Below are positions 49,089 to 60,499 of a stretch of DNA of 64,000 nucleotides, piece after piece. The translations under genes were made by a program, and so were the position numbers. Positions within the stretch are counted from its first letter, which is position 1, and every line of letters begins with the position of its first letter. This DNA is from Trichodelitschia bisporula (lineage: Eukaryota): positions 1 through 64,000 of the forward strand of contig ML996693.1 of assembly GCA_010356995.1 (NCBI GenBank), given 5' to 3'. The notes beneath the pieces were generated by a model that worked only from the letters and a program-made list of their open reading frames with translations, ran no database searches and was not told where the DNA came from.

Positions 49089-50426
49089 CTACCGCTTCCC
49101 CCGTCCCCGTCCCCGTCCCCTCCCCCGAAAACCCCCCCTCTTCCCTCCCCTCCCTCCCCTCTGTTCCCTCGCCCACAACCTCTCCCTCGAAAACCCCGCA
49201 TCAGCAACATCCACAAAACTCACAACCCCCTGATCCACCACAGCGAGCACAACATCGCGATACCCCTTCTTAAGCCTCAGATACAAATTCGTAACGCCCG
49301 TTGGCGGATGGTAGGGCGTCTGCGCCAGCAACCCGTCCAGCTGCCGTTCAGAAGGGAAACAACTCTCTCGCGCGTTGATAACGGAGACGTAGAAATCTGG
49401 CGGTCCGGGAGATGTCTTTTTGAAGCCGGGGAGAGGCTTGTAGACGTGGTATGTTACCCGTGGGGCGGTCGGGTCGGTTGGAGCGGGGCCGATAGACGTG
49501 TTGGTTGTCGGGTCGTGGGCTGGGATGAGTGCCAGCCGTGTGTATATAGCAGCCGAGCTGCGATACGTTCCCGGCGCCACGAGCGGCCCGGATCTAGTGT
49601 CGCGCTTACCGGGCTGCGGTGCGAAGAGTGCGGTCCACAGCCTCGCAAACAGCACACTCAACGGGTTCCCAGCCGCAGCCTTGTACACCGGCACACTCCC
49701 CTCATTCTCTCCCGCACGCAACACCGTATACCCCGCACGTTTGAGATACTGATACACAGTAAACACCTCCAGACTCAATACCTCGCCCAGGAAAGCCGCG
49801 TATCCGCCTTGTAGACTCATAGGGAGCCCGGTGAAGGGTGCTTCACCTGGCGCAGGCGGCCAGTGGATGTCCAGCGAGCCGCGTTCGAGGAGCCAGAGGG
49901 CTTCTTCGGGGTGGAGGTGTGTGCGGGCTTCGGTTTTCGGTTTGCGCGGGGACTTTGGCTTGGTAGGCATAGTGTCGGAGGGTTGGTCTTCGGAGTCGGA
50001 GTCGGAGTCGGAGTCCGCGATAGGAACACGCACTACCCGCCCTACACTCCTGACCCAGAAACCGCCCGGTTTGTCCACCCACGCCCCGTCTTTCCCATCC
50101 CACTCCGCGCGTTGGCCGCCGCGGGGATGGACGCGCGCTAGACTGAGGGCTGCGTGCATGGCTGCGCGGGAGGCAGCGAGCGCTGCATCTTGTGCCCTGG
50201 TGCCGTGCGGTTCGAAGTCTTTGGTCCCTCGCGAGGGGAGTTTTTGCGCGGTCTCGGAGTCGATGAGGGAGGTGAGGAAGCGGAAGTCTTGGACTTCGTC
50301 GGTTAGGTCGACGTCGGCCGAGGGAGCGGGGAGAGAAGGGGTGGAGCTGGTGCCGCGGGGCGAGAGGGCGGGCGATGGTGGAGGGGAGCCATCGTCGTCG
50401 CCGGCTTCAGAGGAGGGCGGGGGCAT
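49089..50426 (-). CDS. SEN54: tRNA-splicing endonuclease subunit Sen54
   Basis: DEVQDFRFL, RGTKDFEP, LHPEEALWLLERGSL, VYQYLKRAGY, YHVYKP..FKKTSPGPPDF, LAVVDQGVVSF. Alternative start at 50474. Confidence 0.93.
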   Translation of the reverse strand: MPPPSSEAGDDDGSPPPSPALSPRGTSSTPSLPAPSADVDLTDEVQDFRFLTSLIDSETAQKLPSRGTKDFEPHGTRAQDAALAASRAAMHAALSLARVHPRGGQRAEWDGKDGAWVDKPGGFWVRSVGRVVRVPIADSDSDSDSEDQPSDTMPTKPKSPRKPKTEARTHLHPEEALWLLERGSLDIHWPPAPGEAPFTGLPMSLQGGYAAFLGEVLSLEVFTVYQYLKRAGYTVLRAGENEGSVPVYKAAAGNPLSVLFARLWTALFAPQPGKRDTRSGPLVAPGTYRSSAAIYTRLALIPAHDPTTNTSIGPAPTDPTAPRVTYHVYKPLPGFKKTSPGPPDFYVSVINARESCFPSERQLDGLLAQTPYHPPTGVTNLYLRLKKGYRDVVLAVVDQGVVSFVDVADAGFSRERLWAREQRGGRGGKRGGFRGRGRGRGRGKR

Positions 50427-50852
50427 CGCGGGTTGTGAGTTGTTATGCTTGTGGGACGGGACGTGTCGATGCATTTTTGCAATCGATACCGCACGGGTAG
50501 GGCTGAACGATCGGGCCCCGGTACGCTAACCGGATTTGATACCCAAGTCCGTAATGAGCGAACAGCGGCGCGTGGTTTTTCGTTTTTTTCTCCGTCTGCC
50601 TCTTTGACTGGTTTTTTTCCTCCGGGCTTTGATCTATTGATCCTTTCGCCTGTGACGCAAGGGATTGAGTAAAGGCGCCGAAAAGTAGGCGGTTGGGACC
50701 CCCTTGAGGCTTCGTGCATTAAAGGCGCCGTTTGGGACCTGGGGCATGGTTTAAGAAGGGGGGGATTCTTGCTCTTCTGCTTCTCTGGCTACACGACTTC
50801 GCTACTCCATACGCCAACATCGTCAAATACGGTGATAGTCAGAGCGGCTATC

Positions 50853-51192
50853 ATGGCCTCCAACGATCAAAGCAAGGTGGTACGTAATCCGTACAGTACA
50901 CCCCACTTCCCCTCCCGAACCCCACCGTTGAACCCCACCACATCACCAACTCGCTAACACCAACCAGCTTCACACCAACCTCGCCAACGCCCTCGCAACG
51001 TTCGGTCCCCACAGCATGCAATACCAACAAATCTACCGGCTGGTACACGAAGCGCTGAACCCTCCTCCACCAAAGTCAACCACTCCTCCTCCCGCAGCAC
51101 CAGTCCCCGAAATCGCCATCTCATCCCCTTCCCAGACCGAAACCAGCCAGGCACCGACTTTCTCGCTGCCCATCCGGTTGAAGAAGGAATGA
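50853..51192 (+). CDS. Small spliced hypothetical protein (83 aa)
   Basis: ATG in ATC-ATG-G context. Intron 50880-50967 (GTACGT..CTAAC..CAG) joins MASNDQSKV to LHTNLANALATFGPHSMQYQQIY.. ending at TGA 51190-51192. Confidence 0.65.
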
Positions 51193-51872
51193 ATTCACTG
51201 CTGTCGACATGCTGCACTATGGACTGCAAACGGAGACGTGGTACTGGAGATAGGGTAGGGGAGGGTCGCCGTGGACACGGTGCGGGCACGTGGGCTGCAT
51301 GCGGTAGGAGTGTACACGAGGCACGATGAGTGCAAGGGATGCACATCCGCGCTTCGAGCGCTAGCTTCGGAACACCTACGCCTACACCTTCCCGCAAGCA
51401 TCACCAACGCCCCATTCCTAGGCAAAAAAAAACACCAGCGCCCCCCGACTCCATCCAGGTATCCCGCAGTCACCCATCGATAGACCCGAAAATGACAACG
51501 CAAAAACTCCCTCCCAGCTCCCACTCCCACCCTCGAAAACCGGAAGGAAGCGATTCAAAAAGCGTACCACCCTTTGCCAACCCTCTTGAACCGCCCCAGC
51601 TACCGCCCGCTGGTTTATGTAGTGACCAGGGAAGGGGGGGTTGCAAACTCTTGAATGCAATGATAGCATCCCGTCTGCCCGCACATGGTGAACCTCTCGC
51701 TCCCAGCGCCTCCCCGGCGTATCCGTCCACTTTCCCTCCTGAAGCGCCGTGCAGCGCAGACAAAGCCTCACGCCCCGCTCACCAGCCCAAACAGCCCGTC
51801 TAACCAACCCAATGCATCCCACACACACACGCGCGCGCGCTGTAGCGCTTACACTCGCTCCGCTCAAACGCA

Positions 51873-53197
51873 TCACTCAATCAACGGCTTCCTTTCCCCA
51901 CCCACAATACACACACCCAACATCCTCAGCCCCGCCGGATCATTCGCCTTAATAATCGTCATAGCCGGCAGCATAGGATTATCCTGACTGATATGCGCCG
52001 CATCTTTCGCCGCCTGCTCAATCGCCTTCATTTCCTCCTTGCAGCCGGCGTGGTCGAGCGGGCACACGACAATAGGCTTGCGGAGGGTAATGTCGCGCGC
52101 ACCGGAGAGGCTAGCCTGTGAGGAAGCGTCAGCGACTCACACTAGTCATCAGCCGGGGGGAGGCATACCTTGACAGTCAAATAATACTCAATCTTGTACA
52201 ACGTCCCCGTCGTTGTAAACCCCGCAATCGGATACAAGGGAAACTCCTTCTTCGGCCTCGGAATCACCCCATCCGCATCCCTCAAATCCTTCGCCGGAAA
52301 CACCAAGCCCAGATTCGTAAAATACCCCGCCTCGGGCATCCGAACACTGACCTGCTGATTCACCCTCGCCAGCGTCTTGGACTTACGACTCGGCTCGTCG
52401 CCCTCGTGATTGAACACAATCTCCTCGTCAATCCCCACCGTGATGTTCTTAATCGTCACTTTCTTCGCCTTGCTCAAGTGATCCGGATTCGGACTCAGCT
52501 TGATGTACACTGAGACAGGGTCCAACGGGCCATAGCTCCACCGCGGCAAACTGATCCCCAGCGTAACCAGCCGGTCAGAGACTGACTCCGCGCTCTCAGG
52601 TCGATTATACATGCCAAACGTGCTCAGGGTATCATACCTCTGAATCGGCACCGGGAACCCAAACTTGCGCTGATCCGTCGGACCCTGCTGCAAGCTAACC
52701 ACAAGCTCATAATACGTCTCCGCGGTACGGGACGGCAGACTCAAACTCGCAGGCGGCATGCGGCGCGCGACTTCCTCGCCGCCCCTCCCGAAGGGGATGA
52801 AAATCACAAAGGGCAGATCCATGGCCAGCACGCTGTCGAATTCTTTGTTCACGGTGCAGCGGTACAGGAGTTGCTCTTTGCCGACTATGTCGGCGATTTC
52901 TTTGCGCGGCGCCGCCAGGTGCCGGGATATGTTCTCGGCGGCGGGGTGGATAGTTTCGCGCCGCTGCAGGCCGATGGTTACGAGGGAGACTTTGACGGGC
53001 GCGGACCAGCCGGCGCTGGGGCGGATTTCGACTTTGCCTTCTATTCTGGGCTGGTGGGAGGGGTTAGCAAGGCGCGTAAGGGTGGGTTTTGGGGGGGTGG
53101 TTACCAGTGTGGCGCTGATGCCTGGGTAGCCGACGAGGAAGTTACTGTTTGGTGGGCCGGTGATGCGCACGAAGGCGGGGACGTGGTTTTGGGCCAT
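51873..53197 (-). CDS. Arrestin-fold protein (S. pombe Art1-like)
   Basis: VRITGPPN..FLVGYPGISATL-PRIEGKVEIR, AETYYELVV, RYDTLSTFGMYN, GFTTTGTLYKIEYYL. Two introns. Confidence 0.8.
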
Positions 53198-54212
53198 TGT
53201 TGCGGGGGAGGGGTGCGGGGCCGCGGTCCTGCGGCGGGCGACCGCATGGACCGGCGGGTTGAAGTTGGAGAGTAAGCGTTAGCCCGGAGGCCTTGAAGGA
53301 CGGGTTTATAGATTCGATATGGCGTGGTGGACTCGGGTACGCGATAGTGCTGTAGAGAGAGTTGGTTGCGCTGGTGAAGCGCGAGGGAGGTGTGACGATG
53401 GGGGAGCTGGGCGGGGGGCCGTGGGGTAGCTGAGCTGAGTCGCGGGGATGGCCGGAGTGTTGACAGCGGGTTTGTCGTGGGATTAGCGAGGAGAGTGTGG
53501 AGGAGGAGGACAAGAGGTTAAGGTGTGCGAGGTAGGTGATGTTGTAGGTGGTTGTCCGGACTTGAGATATGCGCTTTCGTCCGGTCTGCCTGGTGAGAGA
53601 AGTGAAGACAAGACGTGGGATGCGCCAAGCGAGCTGAGGCCTTGCGGGGTGAGACTCCGGCCTCAGACCTAGAAGAGATGTTGCTCCCTCGCTCTCAGTG
53701 GTTGCTTCAGCCTGGCCTTCACTGGGATTCCGGGATCAGCTGCTGGTTTGTTGTCCGATGAGTTGGGGCGGAAAGTTTTGTTTGGATGCTTTGCTTTGGT
53801 GAAGATCGGATCGGGGATATCTTGATTTACGGAGTGACTAGCTGGAAGTACCGTGTACCACACAGTATGTGGAGAGAGAGACAGAGACAGATGGAGGTGC
53901 GTGAAGCAAGGCTCTATCAGCAGAACACTTGAAGAAACAAGTGGCGAGTGACAAGATACAAGTGATACTGAACGAGCTCTTGCTCTCCCCCCTGGTTAGG
54001 CCCGCGAAAGGCCCCCCGGAGCTTCCGTCGTCATTTGCACATTGAACGCTTGCTCCCTAGCGAGCCCCAGCCCGTCTCCCCCACCAAACGAATCCCGAAG
54101 CCGCTACTGTAAACCCCGCTAACCTCCGAAACAATTGAACAACCTCATCTCTACCCTTCCACGTGCACCATCAGCTCCCCGCTTTGCGAACACTACGCAG
54201 TAGACCTTCATC

Positions 54213-54760
54213 ATGTCCGTGACAGTAAGTCAAGGCCCCGGTCCCATCTCCTAAAGCTTCATCCAACCCTGACGTCCCAGCTGCACACCACCCACGGCCC
54301 CATCAAGCTCGAAATCTTCTGCGAAGCCGTTCCCAAAGCAGCCGAGAACTTCCTCGCCCTCGCGGCCTCAGGACGGTACACCACGTCCCCCATCCACCGC
54401 ATCGTGCCCTCCTTCATCCTCCAAGCCGGCGCACCCCCGGACGATCCCAAAGCTAAATCATCAGTATCCATCTGGGGCGGCCTGTTCGAAGACGAGATCC
54501 GACCGAGTCTGCGGCACAATGCGCGCGGCGTGGCGAGCATGGCGAACAAAGGGCCCGACACGAATGGGAGCCAGTTTTTCATCACGCTGGCGCCGCAGCC
54601 GCAGTTGGATGGGAAGAACACGGTGTTTGGACGCGTGATTGATGGGTGGGAGACGTTGGAGAAATTGGAGAAGGTGCCGGTGGATGGGAAGAATAGGCCC
54701 AAGGGTGAGAGGGTGGCTATTGAGGACGTCACCATACACGCCAATCCGTTGGCAGGTTGA
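54213..54760 (+). CDS. Cyclophilin-type PPIase (PPIL3/Cyp10-like)
   Basis: MSVT-LHTTHGPIKLEIFCEAVPKAAENFLAL, SIWGG.FEDE, RGVASMANKGPDTNGSQFFIT, TIHANPLA. Intron 54225-54280. Confidence 0.95.
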
Positions 54761-55187
54761 GGATGGGAATAAGTGGTAGTGGGACGCAATCGGTTAGTAT
54801 CCTTTGAGTTGGCAGATGGTGTCGTATCTCAGCGGCCCATGCTCACGATAGCGTACCACAGTACATGCTCGTCGCGAATGGGAGCCAGTTCTTCATCACG
54901 CTGGCGCCGCAGCCGCAGCTCGATGGGAAGAACACGGTGCTTGGACACGTGATTGATGGGTGGGAGACGCTGGAGAAGTTGGAGAAGGTGCCGGTTGATG
55001 GGAAGAATAGGCCCAAGAATGAGAAGGTGGCTATTGAGTACGTCACTGTACATGCCAATCCGTTGGCGGGCTTAGGGCGGGAATGAGTGGTAGTGGGACG
55101 CAATCGGTTAGTATCCCTTGAGTTGGCAGGTGGTGTCGTATGTCCGCGGCTCATGCTCACGATAGCGTACCACAGTATATGCTCGTC
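54561..55187 (+). repeat. Direct tandem duplication (~314 bp period) of the cyclophilin 3' half plus 3' UTR
   Basis: Copy 1 54561-54874 and copy 2 54875-55187 are collinear with scattered substitutions. Confidence 0.95.
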
Positions 55188-55480
55188 TACCTTCGGCCAC
55201 TGTCGGTAACTTGATGGAGGACCCATCGGTGCTCTCTGAACGCCCGTTGAGGACCCGTGAGACGCGTCGTCTACGCCTTGAGCAGAACCCTACGCTGCCA
55301 GAGCGACGAGTCGCGAAACGCTGAATCCGCTATATGATCCGCGACTACTCCCCATGGGGGCAGAAGCGAAAGTCACAAAATCCCCAATCCGCTACATCCA
55401 TCCAACTTCCGTACTCACCACTACCAAAACCAGCCTCTCAATCAAAACCAAGCTTTCAGTCCAAACTCACCTTATCGAAG

Positions 55481-56321
55481 ATGTGTGTCATCAAGTATAC
55501 GTACTGGTCATGCACCCACACCACGGGCGAGACCACCGAATGCGCCATCCTGCATGAGCACCGTCGGACCCTCGAGAAGGTGCGTGCCAAACATGAAGCC
55601 TCGCGAAAATGGGAGCCTCTGTCGATTCAAAAGTTGTGGCGTAGAATCGCAAAAAATTCAATGAAGGTGTGGGGCACCCCGTACAAGGAGCGGCCATCGC
55701 CGTGTTCAACCCAGTACAATATACATCGATCGCGCTACGAATGTGGAGCATGCTCGCTCGCTTCCGCTGAAGACCACCCCATATTCCCCGAGACCAATTG
55801 GGGCGTCGAAATAGGCTACTCGCCTTATCACATCATGGAACCACGGGCTCTGGACGGTATGTGCTAATTTTTCCTTTCTGATTCATGTGCTAATCGAACG
55901 CCTTCTGAAAGATGCCCTCTATACATATGAAGAGGACTCCTTGCCCTCGACGGAGTTTTCAGATGACTTTCAGGGCCCGCCACGGGGGGGCGTTCCTCTC
56001 TATGGGATCTACGGAAACCGCGACTCCGACGATGACATCGTCTTTTCACGGCGCCGCCTCGTGCCTGTCGGTGGAGTGTCTGACAGCGGGGAGGACGCCG
56101 ACGACGAGCTCAGCTATGTTGAAGACGTCGTCCTCCCGCGGCGGTTCCTATGGCGGGCACACACCCCTGAGGGTGGAATCTCCGAAGACAGTGGCGCTGA
56201 CTGGGACAATGACTCCGATGACTACGATGACTACGAGGTGTACGATGAGGACGAGGAGTACAATGAGGACGAGTACGATGAGGGCCGCCGCCATAGCCTC
56301 GAACTTCGGCGTTTTCCTTAA
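55481..56321 (+). CDS. Hypothetical protein with an MC..Y..C.H Cys/His N-terminus and an acidic C-terminus
   Basis: MCVIKYTYWSCTH..C..C..CGAC. Phase-1 intron 55857-55911 joins to the Asp/Glu-rich ORF ending at 56321. Confidence 0.6.
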
Positions 56322-58759
56322 TCAGACCCTGAAACAACAAGTCAAACATATCTCGTAACCCAACGAACTTGAGCAGCGATGAAGGAGGATGTTGGTTTTG
56401 GTTAGTTTACACCGCATCCCCATTCTTTGTACTCCAGCTTGTCTAACGAGTGTAGCTAACGAGTGTAGGAAGTGCTGCCAATGCCAGCGCGAGTACGTCA
56501 AAACTGCAGATTGTGGAATCACACATCGGCAGGTATCACGGTTCTGGCAAGCCATACCGGAGCACAAATTCGGTCGAAGCGCTCCAGAGCGCGTCTACAA
56601 ATTTGTTTCGTCGCTTCGCGGGGATGACGCGGTGGACGTGGATGTGATTCGTTCTGGATTCAGCGAAATATAAAGACGATGCTCGAATGACGTTTGGCGG
56701 TTTGGGCATATCTGGGTTCCGAGTTCGCGGTGGCAGGGGCTGGCAAGGGCCTCCGTTAAGCTGTACCTGTGGGACCTGCACCTTGGTGTCGAAGACAGTA
56801 GACGCGAAGTGTTGTCTTTGCTTAAAGCAGACCGTCGGTCAATCATTAGACGTCTTCTCTATGTAGCCTGCACTCAAGTGCTGCATTTAAATCAACAAAA
56901 AAAAGAGGCGTCACGATACAACGTCGTGACCGCCGAGCAAAAAGGTAACTACAGAGTACCAGAGCATCGAGGGCAAAAAGACAAAAAAACATACAGCAGT
57001 TGGGATTCGCTGCTGGTCACCCACGCAACTACTAATCAACCGGTTTGCAGCTTAACTTCAGTGAGCAGACGGGGACTGGTGCATTCTACAACCTGTGGCC
57101 GTATGTACTGAGCTGTGTTATTTTTGAAAATATATTGTGGATCTTAAGGTATGGAATCCGACTACATGAGACACCTGTGCGTGGATGGCGATCCTCCTTC
57201 CTTCACGTGGCTTGTGTGACGGGCCCAATATAAGGAGCGGAAGGAGCAATATATCCCTAGATTGCGTCTCACGCTTAAATCAACCTCAAGTCATCCTCCA
57301 TCAGCCTCGTCCCGGGAGAAGCTTGACAGACAACTAACCTTCGTGCCTCCCAGTGCCCGTCCCACAGCCTAGTCCACCACCCGCTTGCCGATCGGTAACC
57401 TACCCGTTGTTAAAAGTGCGCGAGGCCGGACGCAACGCAGCGGCACCCACCTCTCCTCCATCCAAACCGCCGTGACAACCACAGCAGCGGACCTAGCTCA
57501 ACCGCATCCCTCAGACACCTACCGCCTTCGCTCTCAATCCCGACCAACCCACCACGTCCCTCCCCCGCCGAGCGCACCCCCATATCCAGCTTCGTCGGCC
57601 ATAACCACCACCACTGGATCCATCATCCACCGGACGGAGCCAGAGCACGATGGCGTTAAACTCCCCGCCCGCTGAACGGCAGTCCGCGCACCCCCAGACG
57701 GATACATGTCTCGGCCCGGACATGTCTCCGGCATAGTGCGGTCGATAACCAGGTAGAAGCTCGGCGTCCGCTTAAATCGCAGCCAGCCGCGCGATGCCGA
57801 TGCGGCGTCCGTAGGCGTAACCATGCCGTCACATCAGCGGACCGCACAACCGCTCGCCTTCGCGGCGTCCGCTCCTCAGGCTGAACATCCAGCCTCCACG
57901 CCATGGCGTTCAGGATCTCGTCGCGGTCCCGCCTCCAGACAGGGGAGGGGATATGATGCGCATTAATACGGTATGGTGGAAAGTGCGTTCACGCCCACCT
58001 GCATCATGATCTGCACATCTCAGCCTTCCCAACCCGTGATCGACAAAAACAACTACGCCCACACTCTCAGCCACTCTTCGATGCACGCCCATCTCCACGC
58101 GCGTCTCAGCCTCGCCACCCCCGCCCGCAAAACCCATGGGTACCCTATCACCCTCACCCATCACCATCACCCCCCTCCACCCGTTCCCCTCCCCCTCCTC
58201 CCCTTCACCCAACATCGAACTGTGAAACGGGACCTGCATATCCCCCCAAAGAAAAACTGCAGCACGCGGGGGAACCGGGCCCAAGCTTACGGGAGTTAAG
58301 AAATGGAGCGTGGGACGAGAGCGCTCGGGGCGGGGGTGGGGCGTGCGGCAGCATACGCTACGCGAAGGGGCGCCCGCAGCGCTGGGCGTGGAGGTCGTGC
58401 TTACTGTGGAAATTACGCCTGCGGGCGGCACGTCGACTGTGGGGGCGGATTTGGAATCGGCAAGTCGGCGATTGCAGTCACTTGAGCAAATTGAAGTGAA
58501 CCATTTTTTGTGAACGCCGTGGGGCATTTTCGCCCGCTTCCCTTTCCCAGAAACTCCGATCAAACATAGGACGCGTGCATTAAAAATAAAGCCAACAACA
58601 AAAAAAGTCCACATAGAATTCATCGAATATATCTCACAGTGGCTTCTCATCCGCCGAACCCAGAAATTACATCCGATCGTACAAATCCCCGTCCCGTCCA
58701 TCCCCAGGCGCCGCCCCCGCCCCTTCCTCCTCCCCAAACCCCCTCAACGAGTAACACAT

Positions 58760-60499
58760 TTACCACACGGTGACGGTGACAGTCGTGCTGTAGCAGGGGG
58801 CCGCGACCACCGGCGCAACCAGCTGGATCGGCGAGGTCGGCACCGCACCCGCCGGGTACGAGATGCTGGTCACCGGCTTGGCCACGCGCGTGAATGGGAC
58901 GGCGTACACGGTCGTCGTCACCGGGGTGACGAGGGTGGAGGTCTTGGTGACGTAGCCCTCAGTAACGGTGAAGGTCTTGGTGGTGTAGATGGTCTCAGTG
59001 GTGTACCGGGCAGACTTGGTGGGCTTCGCGTTGACCACATAGATCGTCGTCGAAGGCGCGACGGTAGTGTAGGTCTTGGTGACGTAGCCCTCGGTGATGG
59101 TGAAGGTCTTGGTGACGTAGATGGTGCTCGTGGTGTACGTCAGGCTCTTGCTGCTCTTGCTCGGGTACGCACCGCCGGCGGGCCACGAGACGCTCTTCGT
59201 GCTGCTGCTGCTGGGGTACACATAGCCGGGAGGGTACGAGACGCTCTTCGTGCTGCTGCTGCTGGGGTACACATAGCCGGAAGAGTAAGAGACGCTCTTC
59301 GTGCTGCTGCTGCTCACGTACGCGGTGCCGGAGGAGTACGAAGCGGACGACAGGCTCTTAGAGGAGCCAGTAGCGCTGGCGGAAGCGGAAAGCGAAGCAG
59401 ATGCGCTCTTGGGCGGGATCGGGAAGACAGGCTTAGCGTCAGGCAGGACGTGCGAGCAGTCAGTGAGTTTGTTGATCTTGTTCACACCGAGGAGCGAGAG
59501 GCGGAGGTAAGCCTTGGAGTATAGAGCGTTCCAGAGAGCCTGGCCGGTGGCGGGCGCGCTGAAGGCGTTGAAGCCACCCTCGGTGCGGTTGTCACGGGCC
59601 ATCAGGTTGTCGCTGGGCAGACGGAAGGTGCCAGGAGCGGGAGTGTCGGCCAGGGTCTCGCTGTAGAAGGCCACGTCCCACACACCGGGAGTGGAGTCGA
59701 AAGACTTGCCGGCCTGGGTGGTGTCGAAGAAGAACTGCTTGGCGGTTGTGTGGGCACCGATCAGGGCAACCAGGTCGACGAAGTTGATGGTCTTGTCGGC
59801 GAACAGGTTGATCAGCGTCGTCACGTCCGAGCTGGCGCTGGGCAGAAGGCCAGTAGGGCTGTCGGTACTGTCATCACGGCCAATGAGGGTGATGCCGCGG
59901 GGGCCGAGAGGGCAGACAACGGTCGCGACGTTGTGGGCGAACTGAGCCAGATCGGCAGCGCCGATCCTGCTACCGTACTTCAACAGAAGCGCATTGCCAG
60001 CAGTCTGGAAGAGCTTAAGGCCAGAGTTCTCCGACCGCTCGATCTCCGTCGGACTCAGCAGCAGCGAACCGTCAGCACCACCACTCCCGCTCGTCTTCGA
60101 CCAGGCACCAGCATCGTGGAAGCCGAAGCGAACGGCATTGCGGGCAAGGTCGGTGCACGTGCCGTCATCGTTTGTGAAGAGCTTGACCAAGTCGGCCTGG
60201 ACGTAGTCCCACACGCAGCAGGTGTCGGCAGCGCACGCATCCGACTTGAGATCCGGCGCCACGTAGGTCTTCGGGCCGGCAACTTCGCACGGTCCAGAGC
60301 CGTCCAGGCAGGCGAGGACGAGCTTGCCGACGTCGGATGTGGCGCCATCGGTCGCGAGGTCACCGATGAGTTCCAGCTCGAGGATCGGAGGTCCCTGGCG
60401 GCGCGCGTGATCCCTGAAGCCCTTCATCAGACCCCTCATGCCCGGGTGGGCGAACGCGGAGCCCGCAAAGGCAGCCGCAGCGAAAATAGAGCCCTTCAT
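58760..60499 (-). CDS. Secreted class II heme peroxidase (AA2, generic type) with Ser/Thr-rich repeat tail
   Basis: Signal peptide, DTCCVW, AVRFGFHDA (distal Arg/His), GGADGSLL, CPLGP, LIGAHT (proximal His), FDSTPGVWD, LTDCS. Confidence 0.93.
   Translation of the reverse strand: MKGSIFAAAAFAGSAFAHPGMRGLMKGFRDHARRQGPPILELELIGDLATDGATSDVGKLVLACLDGSGPCEVAGPKTYVAPDLKSDACAADTCCVWDYVQADLVKLFTNDDGTCTDLARNAVRFGFHDAGAWSKTSGSGGADGSLLLSPTEIERSENSGLKLFQTAGNALLLKYGSRIGAADLAQFAHNVATVVCPLGPRGITLIGRDDSTDSPTGLLPSASSDVTTLINLFADKTINFVDLVALIGAHTTAKQFFFDTTQAGKSFDSTPGVWDVAFYSETLADTPAPGTFRLPSDNLMARDNRTEGGFNAFSAPATGQALWNALYSKAYLRLSLLGVNKINKLTDCSHVLPDAKPVFPIPPKSASASLSASASATGSSKSLSSASYSSGTAYVSSSSTKSVSYSSGYVYPSSSSTKSVSYPPGYVYPSSSSTKSVSWPAGGAYPSKSSKSLTYTTSTIYVTKTFTITEGYVTKTYTTVAPSTTIYVVNAKPTKSARYTTETIYTTKTFTVTEGYVTKTSTLVTPVTTTVYAVPFTRVAKPVTSISYPAGAVPTSPIQLVAPVVAAPCYSTTVTVTVW

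Noticed and set aside
57385..58737. Several 70-275 aa ORFs on both strands
   Set aside because: No motifs, consistent codon bias or convincing splice model.
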